A stretch of DNA of 64,000 nucleotides. It comes from Seison nebaliae (lineage: Eukaryota). The stretch's first letter is position 1, and every line of letters begins with the position of its first letter. Under the pieces are notes generated by a model. It made no database searches and had not been told where the DNA came from. It was given only the letters and a program-made list of their open reading frames with translations. Shown in pieces: positions 1 to 12,100 of this stretch. Position numbers and translations under genes: made by a program. Location: the NCBI GenBank assembly GCA_023231475.1, contig JALJEE010001389.1, forward strand, positions 1 to 64,000, given 5' to 3'.

Positions 1-355
1 TCGGACTTCATACGAATTCTGTTCTCTAAAGTTTTGTTAGAAAAAAATCGGCAGATCGCATTTTTTGCTCGCACTTTCAATTCGTTGATACTTTCAAAAT
101 TAAAAATAGCTCGACGATAATCATTGTGTATCGCTTTTTTATATTTTTTTATATCGCTATATATCATAAGTATATTATATACACGTAACGATTCTCAAAC
201 AGAACTATCAAGTTTCCCATATAATATAGACTGGTTGTGTCTTTTGTCTTGAAGGATATGAATTAACTGAATAATAAAATGGATATGATTTATAAACAAA
301 GTTAACGTAAAATTAAAAACAAAATGAAAAAGAATTTGAAAAAAAGAAGATATGT

Positions 356-1816
356 TTAAGGAGATAATAAGGAATCATTCAAATCTTTATTTTTATTATT
401 TCTTTTCTTCTTTTTATGAGAAGATGGACTATCTATCGATGGTTCTGGTTCGGCTATTAAATCATTTACCTTCCTTTTCTTACGTTGCCTAGCACTTCCA
501 TTTACTGAATTATTTTCATGTTCAACTTCACAATACTCCACCTTTTCACGTTTGATAAATGGAGTTTCAAATTGTTCGTCATCTAAAATATCATCAATAT
601 CTTCTTCTTCTTCAACATCATCATTATCATCATTGTCTTCTTCGTTATCATCATGAACGGTAGTGAGGATTGATGCATTAAGATCATCAGCAATTGCGCT
701 GGTAGAAGTGACAGGTGTATTTTTGGTGGATTGAGTTGCACTGTTTCGATTTTTCTTCTTCTTTACTCTTTCTCGTAAATATTTTGCTTCCGCTGTTGCC
801 ATTTTGACAGAATCTTCTTTCATGTACCTAACTATGTCGAGTTGTTTGGATTCCTTTCGATGATGAACATTACTCGTTTTACGATATACGACGAACTGCC
901 AGAATGGAGAGTAATCGGAGAAAGTGGATGTCAAATAGTTTTTCCAATTCTCCTTCGATTTGTTCTTCACTTGTCTCATATCTTCCTTAAGAGAATTCAA
1001 GCTGCCGAGCGTTAAATTGAGATAATTCTTCTGAAGTTTCTCCTCTGACCAATCGGGATTCTTTTCTGAAAAATATTGTTTTACTGTTATTCTCTCTGAT
1101 TGTTTGTCGGGAATTGGAAAATCGTCTAAATATAAATCCTCTTCTTTCTCACTGATAATTCCTTTCCATGACTCATATGGATTATTTGGAGCGTATTTGC
1201 ATAATTCTTCCACTGTCAATTTAATGTATTTCAATTTCTTCGATTTCTTTAAATTTTCATATTTTTCTTTTAATTGTGAGAAATCTATACTTTCTTGATG
1301 TTTCAGGAAGTAATGATCTAATGGCGTTAAAGGAATTCCGCGATTCTTATTTTGGTCGACCTCCTTAATGAATTGATTCTTCTTAAAATTGCTCCGCATG
1401 TTATCATGTTCCGCTACATATGGTGCTCGCTCTTCGTCACTCATCAATCGGAAATCATTCAATAATTTTTTTAAAACATCTTTAGTGTCCAGTTCAGGAT
1501 ATTGTTTTTGGTATTTATTAAAATTTTTTTTAACGTAAATATTACCGGTTGATAACGGTCTCTTGGGTTTATTCGTCATTTTTGAAATATTAGTGACTGT
1601 TTTCGTTAAATCCATCGTTCCCACAAATACATTCTTTCTCATCGCTTTGCCAATCAGAGAAAGAAAATGTTGATAACTCAAATTAGTTTCATTTTTTATT
1701 TCTCTCCAATTAAGAGATTTGATCTCGTCAATTGATACATTATGTTCATCATCCAACCGTTTAACCATCGATTCGAGAAGAGTCTTATATTCATCTTCGG
1801 TCATTTGTGAAATCAT
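356..1816 (-). CDS. UBTF: Nucleolar transcription factor UBF-like multi-HMG-box protein (single exon, ~486 aa)
   Basis: HMG box 1 KPKRPLSTGNIYVKKNFNKYQKQYPELDTKDVLKKLLNDFRLMSDEERAPY. Second box-like segment PLTPLDHYF...KYENLKKSKKLKYIK. N-terminal EDEYKTLLESM...LNWREI resembles the UBF dimerisation domain. Acidic tract and basic NLS-like tail. The track start at 1822 is TTG; first ATG is 1816, with an in-frame TGA upstream. Confidence 0.7.
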   Translation of the reverse strand: MISQMTEDEYKTLLESMVKRLDDEHNVSIDEIKSLNWREIKNETNLSYQHFLSLIGKAMRKNVFVGTMDLTKTVTNISKMTNKPKRPLSTGNIYVKKNFNKYQKQYPELDTKDVLKKLLNDFRLMSDEERAPYVAEHDNMRSNFKKNQFIKEVDQNKNRGIPLTPLDHYFLKHQESIDFSQLKEKYENLKKSKKLKYIKLTVEELCKYAPNNPYESWKGIISEKEEDLYLDDFPIPDKQSERITVKQYFSEKNPDWSEEKLQKNYLNLTLGSLNSLKEDMRQVKNKSKENWKNYLTSTFSDYSPFWQFVVYRKTSNVHHRKESKQLDIVRYMKEDSVKMATAEAKYLRERVKKKKNRNSATQSTKNTPVTSTSAIADDLNASILTTVHDDNEEDNDDNDDVEEEEDIDDILDDEQFETPFIKREKVEYCEVEHENNSVNGSARQRKKRKVNDLIAEPEPSIDSPSSHKKKKRNNKNKDLNDSLLSP

Positions 1817-1970
1817 TTTCAATATGTACCGATTAACAATATGTATCTTTACGGAAGTGTCGACTCTTGGTGTAAGTTCAAGTCATTTCGAAAACACAGA
1901 AAATAAAGTTAAAATCTTTAAACCAAAAATTAGAACATTAAAAAATTTATTTATAAGCTTTCTTCATCAC

Positions 1971-1976
1971 CACGTG
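1971..1976. promoter_or_regulatory. Canonical E-box CACGTG upstream of the UBF-like gene
   Basis: CACGTG about 155 nt upstream of ATG 1816. Myc-type E-boxes are typical of ribosome-biogenesis genes, but the hexamer also occurs by chance elsewhere in the window. Confidence 0.3.
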
Positions 1977-3898
1977 ATAAGCTTCTTTTTTTTTGTTATT
2001 TTCCTAAACATCTTCATCGTTCCAAATTTATTAGATATGTTCGAGAAATTTTAAAATTAGGCCAAATTCAGATTTCTTAGGAAATTAACAAAGTAAGAGA
2101 ATTAAGAAAAAATCGCATCCAATAAAAATTCATAAAATGAACATAGCGAAACAGACTTGGAAAACAAATATTAAAATATTTTTCGATATTAAAATTTCGC
2201 GTTAATAATTTTATTGTCTGTTGAATTGGCTTACGGACAGCTGTTAGTATTTCGGACAGCAATTGTTTCAATGAATGTGAAAGGTCAAATAAATGTCGTA
2301 TTCGAGTTGGGAATGTCGATGAACATCCAAAGTAACTTATTTAATTGTTAAGACATCTAAATTTAATGAAAAAATCATTTAATATTGCTAAGAATGATGA
2401 ATGATATTGTTGAACAGTGTTAATTTTATGAAAATTAGTTTCCCATTTCTATCGATCGATAAGTTACGAAGAATAAAAGAGAAAAGTCTTGAAAATTTTT
2501 AGGAAAATTTCAATTGAAGGAGGATGATGGGGAGGGGACATTTGATGCTTGATTAAGAGAAATGTAAGTGGAATATTTAAGAAGTAAACATGATTCTCGT
2601 GTCTGTTGCATCTTGAACCTTCTGTGCCATAGAAGATGTCGTCTACCATGTTTATGATGTTGAGGTCTTCCTTCTTCTGAGAAGAATTATAGGTTTTCTT
2701 CTAGAAATTTCGTATTTTGGTTGACTTATTCCATTTGGTACGTACAAGGCAAATGTTATAATTGCGAAAATAACATTTATTCTAATTATTCTACATAATT
2801 ATGAGGAGTATAGATAAAGAGAAATGAATTGTGAACGACGATGTTCATCAATATTTTATTATCTGGGTAGTGGAAATCTGTCGGTTGTCATGGTAACTTT
2901 CAGTTGAATCGTTATCTATAAGACATGTAATTTGGCAAATTGCTTTCTTTTCCCCGTTTACGATCGTTCAGGTTCCTTCTACGGTTGAGAACTATAAAAA
3001 GTATTAGATGCATATACAATACAGAGTGATATTATACACATGATACATATTTCACTCCTTACTTTCTATTTAAAGATCCTTCAATCAAATATTTTCCGAA
3101 TGGAATATAGACAATTTCCTTATGTTTGTTTTGATGATTTTCTTCAAAACACAATTCTCTGATATTAGTATCTATTCTCAGTTAGCTTGTCATTCTCACA
3201 TTTTACCCCTCTCAACATTTTCACTGAAAATTTTTCAGTGGAGTAGTATCATATCAACATATGAACTATTCGAATTCTTCTCCTTTTTCAAATGTTATTA
3301 AAAACGAATCGTCGATTTAAGTTCTTTGATTTGGTTGGTGATTATTCAATGAATATATTAAATTATTATGACGATTAATATCATAATATTTAAGTTTTAT
3401 TTAACATAACATGAGATGGAGCAGTTCGATTTGTGTCAATATATTATTGGGCTGATGAGAAAGATTAATAGATGTCAAATTTATGCTCTCCATTAATGAT
3501 GTAGGAAGATGAGCAGATGATTCTTGCAATACTCATGAATTTTTATTGTCAGTCATCCCATATTTGTTTAGGATAAAAAATAAGTTTATTATTTCTCTTC
3601 ACAACTATCGACATAAAAAAAACATTTATAATTACATCAGTTATATAATCTTGCAAATTACTTGTGTAAATGATTGGACATATAACGAAGTTCCTTCTAT
3701 GAATTTCGACGTCATATGAACGATTGTGATCTAAAAGAATCATAAGAACAAAAAGAATTTTCCAGTTAAATGAAAGATTGAATGGAAGATGTTCGTGTAA
3801 GAAGAATTATGTATTCTCCTTGTCTACAGTTACTTACTTTATTGGTAGTGGAAATAAATGGATATTCCGTTATAATATTATTCGATCGGAGAACATTT

Positions 3899-3987
3899 CG
3901 AGAGAGAGAGAGAGAGAGGGAGAAGAGATCTAGACAAGACAATGAACTTGTGTGAAGGGAGAGAGACAGTGTGTGTGTGTGTGTGTG
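3899..3987. repeat. (GA)n and (GT)n microsatellites
   Basis: Dinucleotide runs visible directly in intergenic DNA. Confidence 0.85.
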
Positions 3988-6133
3988 TTATGTGCAAATA
4001 TTAAATTTTTTTACGCTGACAATCCATTCGCTACATATAATAAGGAATGAACTGTGCACAAACTATTTTACATATCGTCCATGTTTGTTGTGTAACATAT
4101 AGAGTGCTATCATTGGAATATGTCGTTGTAGAGGAGATATAAGAATGGCATCGGATGGAATAGTGGGAAATACAATCGAATGAAAGGGAATTATGTTGTA
4201 AAGAAAGTTAAGGAATAGAATAGGCACGAATAAAGAGACGGCACAATAAAGTTATGATGTGTCGAATGAAGACTGATGAAACATTATCTCATTCGTCTTC
4301 TTCTTTCTCTCTCTCTCTCTCTCTCTCATTCTCTCTCTTCCCACATCTTTCTTATCTGTTGTATGTGGAGTGGAATTTGGAAGTAGTGGAAGAAGAATTG
4401 AATTCCACTAAAGTAAAATGAAAATAGAATGAATAGAATTGAACAAATACAACTTGTAAAAGAATAATGATAATGATGGTGAACATGATGGAAAATGTGA
4501 TGCTGTCGATTATCCTGATTTGGTGCATTCGATTCTCACCGTATCACTTCCTATACCTTTTCCTTCTCTTCCTCATCTCCAATCTGAAAACGACTCTGTT
4601 TATTTAAGACTAACGAAAATCGATTTTCGAGAATTGACAAGTACAAACGAATAGTCAATTAGAAAGTTAAACTGGAATTCATCCAATCTCAAAATTTCAA
4701 ATTCATCATTCAAGAAAATTGGATGGATATGAAATTTAATCGTTTCCATTTGCAAGTAAAAATATTTGGATGGTTCTTCATTTTTGTTTAATTTATGAAC
4801 AAACAAATATTAATCGGCTACTTCGTCATCAGCATTGAACAGACGAAATATGCAGGTCAATTTATTAATTAACCATGTTACATGTCCATATACCAGATGT
4901 TTGTGCGATAACTATTCTAAGTGAGTTAATAAGTATGGGAAGTTGCTGGAAATTTATTCTCTAAGACTTCCCAAATCTTCTCGGGACAGAAACTTCCTGA
5001 CAAGTCCTCTTATTCCCCCAAAAATATGAAGAGTGAATCAAACGAATTGAATTATTCGTCATCGACAATTATATTAATGTAAATATTTTGAGAGATGCTT
5101 ACTTTAATTAATTTCGTTTTTATGATAAAAAGATAAAAAAGGAAATTTTCATTGAAAATACTTCTAATTTGAAAACATTATGGGTAACAGTGGAATGTTG
5201 GGAGGGGAAAGGAGGATGATATTAGGTCGTGCTAGAGAATGTTAATAAATCGTTCCTATTAATGTTGATGACGATGAAAGATAGTTTGTGATATGGTTGT
5301 ACTTTCGAGATATATCACATTAAAGAAATAAAAATGAATGTTGAATAAGAATATCGATATTCTCCCATTATGATTGTGTTGTGGAGATGACCTTCGAGAA
5401 CGAATAATTCTACGTTCGTTTCATCCATAAAATCATGAACAAATGAATTATTTTCTTATACTGTATATTCTCTGTATGCATATAATTCGTTCATTCGTTC
5501 TTTCTTTCTTTCTAATTCATCTGCATTTTTGTACGAGATATGTGGAATAATATGAATAATTCTATGAGGTGTTTCTCTTCTTGATGATATTGGCAGGGAA
5601 TGGTGTGGAATAGTTCTGTTTATTTAATGCTTCTTGTCACATGATGCAATTGAATAAGCATAATAAGAATATTTTATAATTCAATCATTATAAGATGAAT
5701 TTTATGCAATGAATATTCTCAATAAATTATATCGTATCAATAAATTTTATGAAATTATTTAATAAATATGATAATAAATATGATAATAAATTAAATAGTT
5801 CGAGAATTCCTTAAAAGAAGATTACGAGAATTTTCTCTTAACATTTTCCTCCTCATTCAACACCTGACATTATTTTTAAATGACGGAAACTGATTTGTTG
5901 TCCTAGAATTTTTTTTCCGTTCCAATAAATTTTTGGAATACTTTAACATTGTTTGATGGTGGATATTTTCGAAGACTGTTATGAAAGATTATGGGAGAAC
6001 GGAATATAAATTCCATGATTAACGAATATTGATAATTTGTGTCTGATAAGAAGAATAAAAAGAAGATCGAAGAAGAAAGATCGACGCCGATAAGAATTGT
6101 GAGGATATGGTTGTTTGACATCAGATCGAAAAA

Positions 6134-9100
6134 ATGAATTGGAATTATTATCGAATATTTCCCAAGTTCGATGAGACTGATGTGAAGGAATCAGTTCTAA
6201 AGAGAATTAAACGAAGACTAATGTTCTTCGATTTAGATTATGGAGAAAAGATAATTGATAAAGAATCTTCCGTTCATAATTACCTTATTATCCCAGTGAC
6301 GTTATTTATGGAATGGTCTTATGTTCATCTTCAATTCATCACCTTTCTCCTCGTAATGTGTGAAGTGGTGGGGAGTGTGTCTGCCAATTCATCGTCTTCA
6401 TTAATAACTACATCTTTGTCTTCCTCCAAACTGAGGAGATCGTCTAAATCAAATTTATTTCAATTTAACTATTCTTCAATCCATACAACGACAACTACAC
6501 TGATAGAAGGCACGTCGTCCAAGCGGTGGCTCACCTTAGAGAAACCGCCATCATCCGTTAATTTGACGAATGTGACGAGAAAGAAAAGTCGAGGAAAGAT
6601 GAAAGATGAGAAAAGAAGATTGCACCAAATCGTTCAATTGTATGACGTGCCATCTACTCTTTATAATATTTCAAATGTTGAACGGATATTTCCTTTAAGT
6701 CATCAGATGATCACCGAAATCGATTCAACTGATGATATTGAACGACGTTATATTCGGGAAGCTATCGACCGAACGAAATATGTGAACGAAGTGCACGATT
6801 ATTCTGTAAAAAATGAATTCGAGACTAATAATAATAATAATAATATTAATAATAATAATGATTATATTAATCATTATAATCAAAATTATGGAGTAGATGG
6901 AAAAACGAATGAGACGAATCTATTCTCAAATATGTCGACGACTAATTCTTCCTTCCAATTCAACGACAGTGTACAAATGAGAAATAACGAATTGTTGGAT
7001 TTGGATGAAGAATTGAAAGAAGAAGTTGTACCACTCCAAATAATTCCATTTATTGATACGAAGACCATAAAAGATTCTATGAAATTTTTCCATACACAAT
7101 CACGACAATTCGGTGAGCAATTATTCGATATATTTCAAACAACAACGAATCATAAAAATAATGAGAAAGTTCGAATTATCTATTCGACATTATCATCTAT
7201 TTGTTATATTGTATTTGTTTAGTTAAATAAGAAAATGAAAATGAAACAGGTGAATGGCACTGAATTGTTGGACGAGTTAGCCGAGACATTCTCCATACAT
7301 CTACAAGAAAAATCAGATGCACTAGACGTTATTAATGAAATAATATTTTCTTTTTCTCATCATAAATTCTCTTTTGCTTCCTAAAAGAAAACAGCAGAAG
7401 ATGCAGAAAGAGAATTTGTTGAATATTATTTGGCAATTGAAAGACGTTTCGCTGGAGAGAATCGAACCGAAGTGATAACTGAAAAGCGAAAGAATGAATT
7501 GAATGAAGTCCGATATTATAACGCGAAAAGTCCCACGTTACAATGTCCATTCGTTAATCAGTCCACCACTACCACCACCACCACAACAACAACGACCACT
7601 ACAACTACAACAACCACAACCACTACGACGACAACAACAACAACAACGATTACTGATATAAAGTTATTTGTTCATTCAATTCAATTGAGATAATTTTCTT
7701 ATACGTATTTCCATTTGAATATTTCTCATATTCTCTGATAATTATATCATCAATTTATTAAATTTTCATTTTCTTTAAATTCGTTTTAGTGGAACAATTA
7801 TTGAACCGCCAACACAACCACCAACAACGACAACAACGACTCCATATCCCGGTTACGCAATAGCTGCTTCAGCAACATTAGAAGTAGAGGAAACTGATCC
7901 ATGTTTGGTTATGGATGAGAATGAACGTTTCGCCAATCTTCCCATAAACATGACGAAGAGTGTTGTTCATGTTCCTACGAACATTTATGATCGATCATTG
8001 GAAGTGTTAGAAGTGGCCAATTGGTCATCCACACTCAATCAAGCATTTATTCAAAATAAAATGAATTATAGAACTTTACTTTGGCAATTCTTCTGTTCAT
8101 CGAGTGGTGTCTTCCGTTATTTTCCAGGTTTCTTCTTCCACTTTTTGAATTTCCGCAAATGAGAGACATGTCTATTCCAGGTTCTCCATGGCAAATACCA
8201 GAATTCAGACGAGTTGATGGAACAACAATTGAAGATTTGGATCTGTTCGATTGCCGAACGAGAAACTGGTATATCTCAGCTGCTTCCGCTCCAAAAGCTT
8301 TGATGATTCTCATCGATTCATCTGGTTCGATGAGCGGATTACGAATAAAGATTGCTAAACAAACGGTAGAAGCTATCATGGATACGTTGAATGATGATGA
8401 CGTATTCAATGTCATTCAATTCAATAAAGAGATAAAGTTTGTTGCCGATTGTTTGAAAGACATGTTGGTGCAGGCGAACATCGATAATAAACAATTTATT
8501 AAGAAACAGTTGGACAATATTAGTCCAACTATGCCAGCTGATTTCAGTGAAGTGTTAATCACTTCTTATAATATTCTTCATAATTCAGTTCACTTTCATT
8601 CTCTCTAATACCATTTCAATTTACCATTAATTTCCATATAGACTGCCAATCCAATTATTGATCGTGCTAACAAAGCAATTATGATCATTACTGACGGTGC
8701 TTCCAGAAGTTATGAAGAAATATTCCGAGAATACAGTTGGAACGTCAACTCGACAGTTCGCGTCTTCACTTACATAATTGGACGAGATCTCGCTAATTCC
8801 GGCCATAGTCGTCATGTGAAATGGATGGCATGTGCCAATCACGGTTACCAACTTGAATTCTTCTTTTTCATTAATTTTCCCTTTTCAGGATATTATTCCC
8901 ATGTATCTACTTTGGCCGACGTCCAGGAACATGTCCAGGTTTGATTTTATTTCAATTTTGTTTCGTAAAAAATTGTAATTGGACCAAAAAAAACGACAAT
9001 ATCTCATAAAAATAAATTTCATTTAATTTGATGAATGAAATAGGATTATATTCCAGTCATGAATCGTCCGTTGAAAGGTGTTCATACGACTATTTGGACG

Positions 9101-12100
9101 AATATCTTCATTGATTCAGTGGTAGGAAAGAATTTTTCTCATTTTTTCTCATTTGTTCCTTGAAGTTGTTGAATTATCTCTACTAGTAGTAGTGCCACCA
9201 CTATCTTCATCATTCTTATTTTTATGTCGTCATCGTCGTCGTCATTGTGATCATAGTCGTATCGTCAATATTATATCTGTGATTGTTGTTGTTGTTGTCT
9301 TCTCGTCAAGTTGAACCATTTACCTAAAAATTATATGTTTTAGATTCTTTATGTTTACAGGTTTCTCTTCTTCATCAGATTATTTATCTTCTAAAAATCA
9401 GAAAATGAGAATAGTTGTCATCCTTCTTCTTCTTCCTCCTCATCATCATCATCATATTCCTCCTTTTTTCGTTCTTAAAAAAATATAGAAATATAGTTAA
9501 CAACTAAAATTTATTTAAAAACTTTTTTATTGTTGTGTCATCTCTTCTTGTTGTCTCTTCTTTCTCTTAAAATAGATGCATATGAAATATATGTTGCCAT
9601 CATTACAATCGGATGATAGGCAACTTGTCTTTTCCGGATTAAATTTACATCATCTGGTTATTAATTGTGAATTCTTTTATTCTATCTTTCAGTCATTTTA
9701 TGATTTATGTGAACTCTCTCTCTCTCTCTCTCTTTCTCCTTCCTCCGTTCTATTTCCAGTTTCCTCATTCCAAATATTCTCTCCCAATCATTCTCTCTTT
9801 GTCTTCTTCTTTTAACAATTTCCGTGGAAAAATTTCATTATCATTTATCTCCTCTTCAATTTATCATCATTTTCTTCTTTTGTTAATTGAATTGTAGCGA
9901 AATGTGCCTAATCGTGAATACCGCTGCTGTCCATTCACCCTCACACCAGATGCGATTTCAACTGTCGCCGAACTTGCTAAGGTTAGTGAAATTCACGAAA
10001 TGAAACACTTCTCCATATCATATTTCCAATTTTGGAACTTTATTCATAATTAATATATGGGAATATTTTGACTCCTTCAACATTTTCATTTCTCATTAAC
10101 TTCTCACCAATTGATCGATGAAGAGATTCATTCGGAACAATTCACATATTGAATTCATTCAATCTGCTACGACTGGACTCAGCACTCTCTTCCATCACAT
10201 GCTGCCTATTAATGCAACATCCACTAAAATATTGTCAACTAAATCTATTCGAAAGAAAAGAAGATTTTCATTAAACTCAAATTCTCACCACAAAAATAAT
10301 TCACTAATAAAAAAAATGATCGTGCATAGATCGGAAATGCTTATCGAAATCTAATTCTTCTTCATCTTCTTCTTTTGCTTGCATTTCCTTCCAACCCTTT
10401 AGATTACACCAAATGTTTGTTATCTATTTATTTCATCTTTCCTTCTACTCATTCTCATTATTCGACATCATCTCCAAAATTGGAAACTGTTCGATAATTC
10501 TCATTCGAATTATATTCATATTCATATCATCGAATTAGCGTCCTCAATACATAATTTCGGTGGCGAAGCCAGTGTTCGATATTCGTGAAGAGCGTTTTCT
10601 TGATAATGTTAATTCATTCTATTTTTACTTCACACTAATCTCACATTATCTTTCAGAAACTTGGCGGTGCACTTTTGGGAGTTGTGGGAACGGATGTGTC
10701 TCTGCGCGACCTCTTAGCTACAGCGCCAGAATATAAAGTTTAGATTGTGGAAATTTATTTCCTTCTTTTAACATTCTCTTCACAATTATAGATGCCAGTC
10801 GGCTCCTATTTAATTGGCGTTACTAATAACGGTTATTTATTATTCCATCCGGAATTGAGTGCGATGATTGGAAACTACACAAAATCCAGTTATACCAGTA
10901 TGGATGTGGCGAAGGTTGAGAGGGAATACAAAGCCTATTATCAACCACTCTCGAAGAATAATGTTGTTCGTATTATTCTCATATTCTTCTCTAAATAATC
11001 TCTATTAAAATTTCTCAATGAAAAAAAAGGCGATTGACGAATGGAGTAGTGACTTGAAAATTCGATTAGGAATGATACGACAAGAAACGGGTAATCAAGA
11101 AATGACAGTAATTCAACTATCTGAAAATGCTGTTAACTTTCTTCATTGGACATCTCATAATTTTCATAAAATTTCTTCAATAAATAATTTATATTTAGCA
11201 ACGCGTGACTATACGTGACCAAGATTATTTCTATCAAAAATTGGACAAAACTCCATTTTCCGTTGCCATGGCAACCATAAGCAAATTTGCTCAAAATCGA
11301 CCCGAACCTCCCCAATACACAATCAACGACTATAAGAAAGCATTAGAATTATTGAAAACTAACGACAATTGGATAGTACCCAATTGGAAGTATTGTTTCC
11401 GACCCGATGAAATCTATGGAATTGAAGCCGATATTCTATCCACCTCAGCAAAAGAGAAGAGTGAATCGATGGATAAATATGCTTTTTATAATCACATCAC
11501 TAATCAGTATCATAAGACGTCATTGAAAGAAATTCAAGAAAATCGACAGATTTTATTGGAAGACTTCCAAACATTCATCGATCAATATGAACAGATTATG
11601 GAAACGTTGAAGGATAAAAATAAGAAAAATTTATTAAAAAACTTTTATTGTTAACAATTCACGTCCACATCTGTTTATTTCACTCTTTTCTCTTATCCAG
11701 GTGATGTTTATGGAATGAATCTATTGACATTTGACGCACTGAAATTCGAAGATTTCCAACAAAACTTTGATAAAGAGAATGTCGAAAAGTTTTTCTTCTT
11801 CACTAAAATTGAGGGAATCATAAAAAAATTTGTATTAAAATAGACTTGGCATCGAATCCCTTATCATTGTCAGTCATAGTGGAATGAGTAAATATTGGAA
11901 TAGCGATGGAAAATTATCAAATAATATCCCAACACTTTTGATTGAGGAACCTGACGGAATGAAAGAGAATTATTTTCGACGAGCATTAGAAGCGGGTGAG
12001 AACGAAGTAATTTATTTTACGAAACTCGCATCTTTTGGAGGCTGTTCCCATTTATTTCTCTCAATCAATAATATCTTTTAAATTAGATGTTGATATGGAT

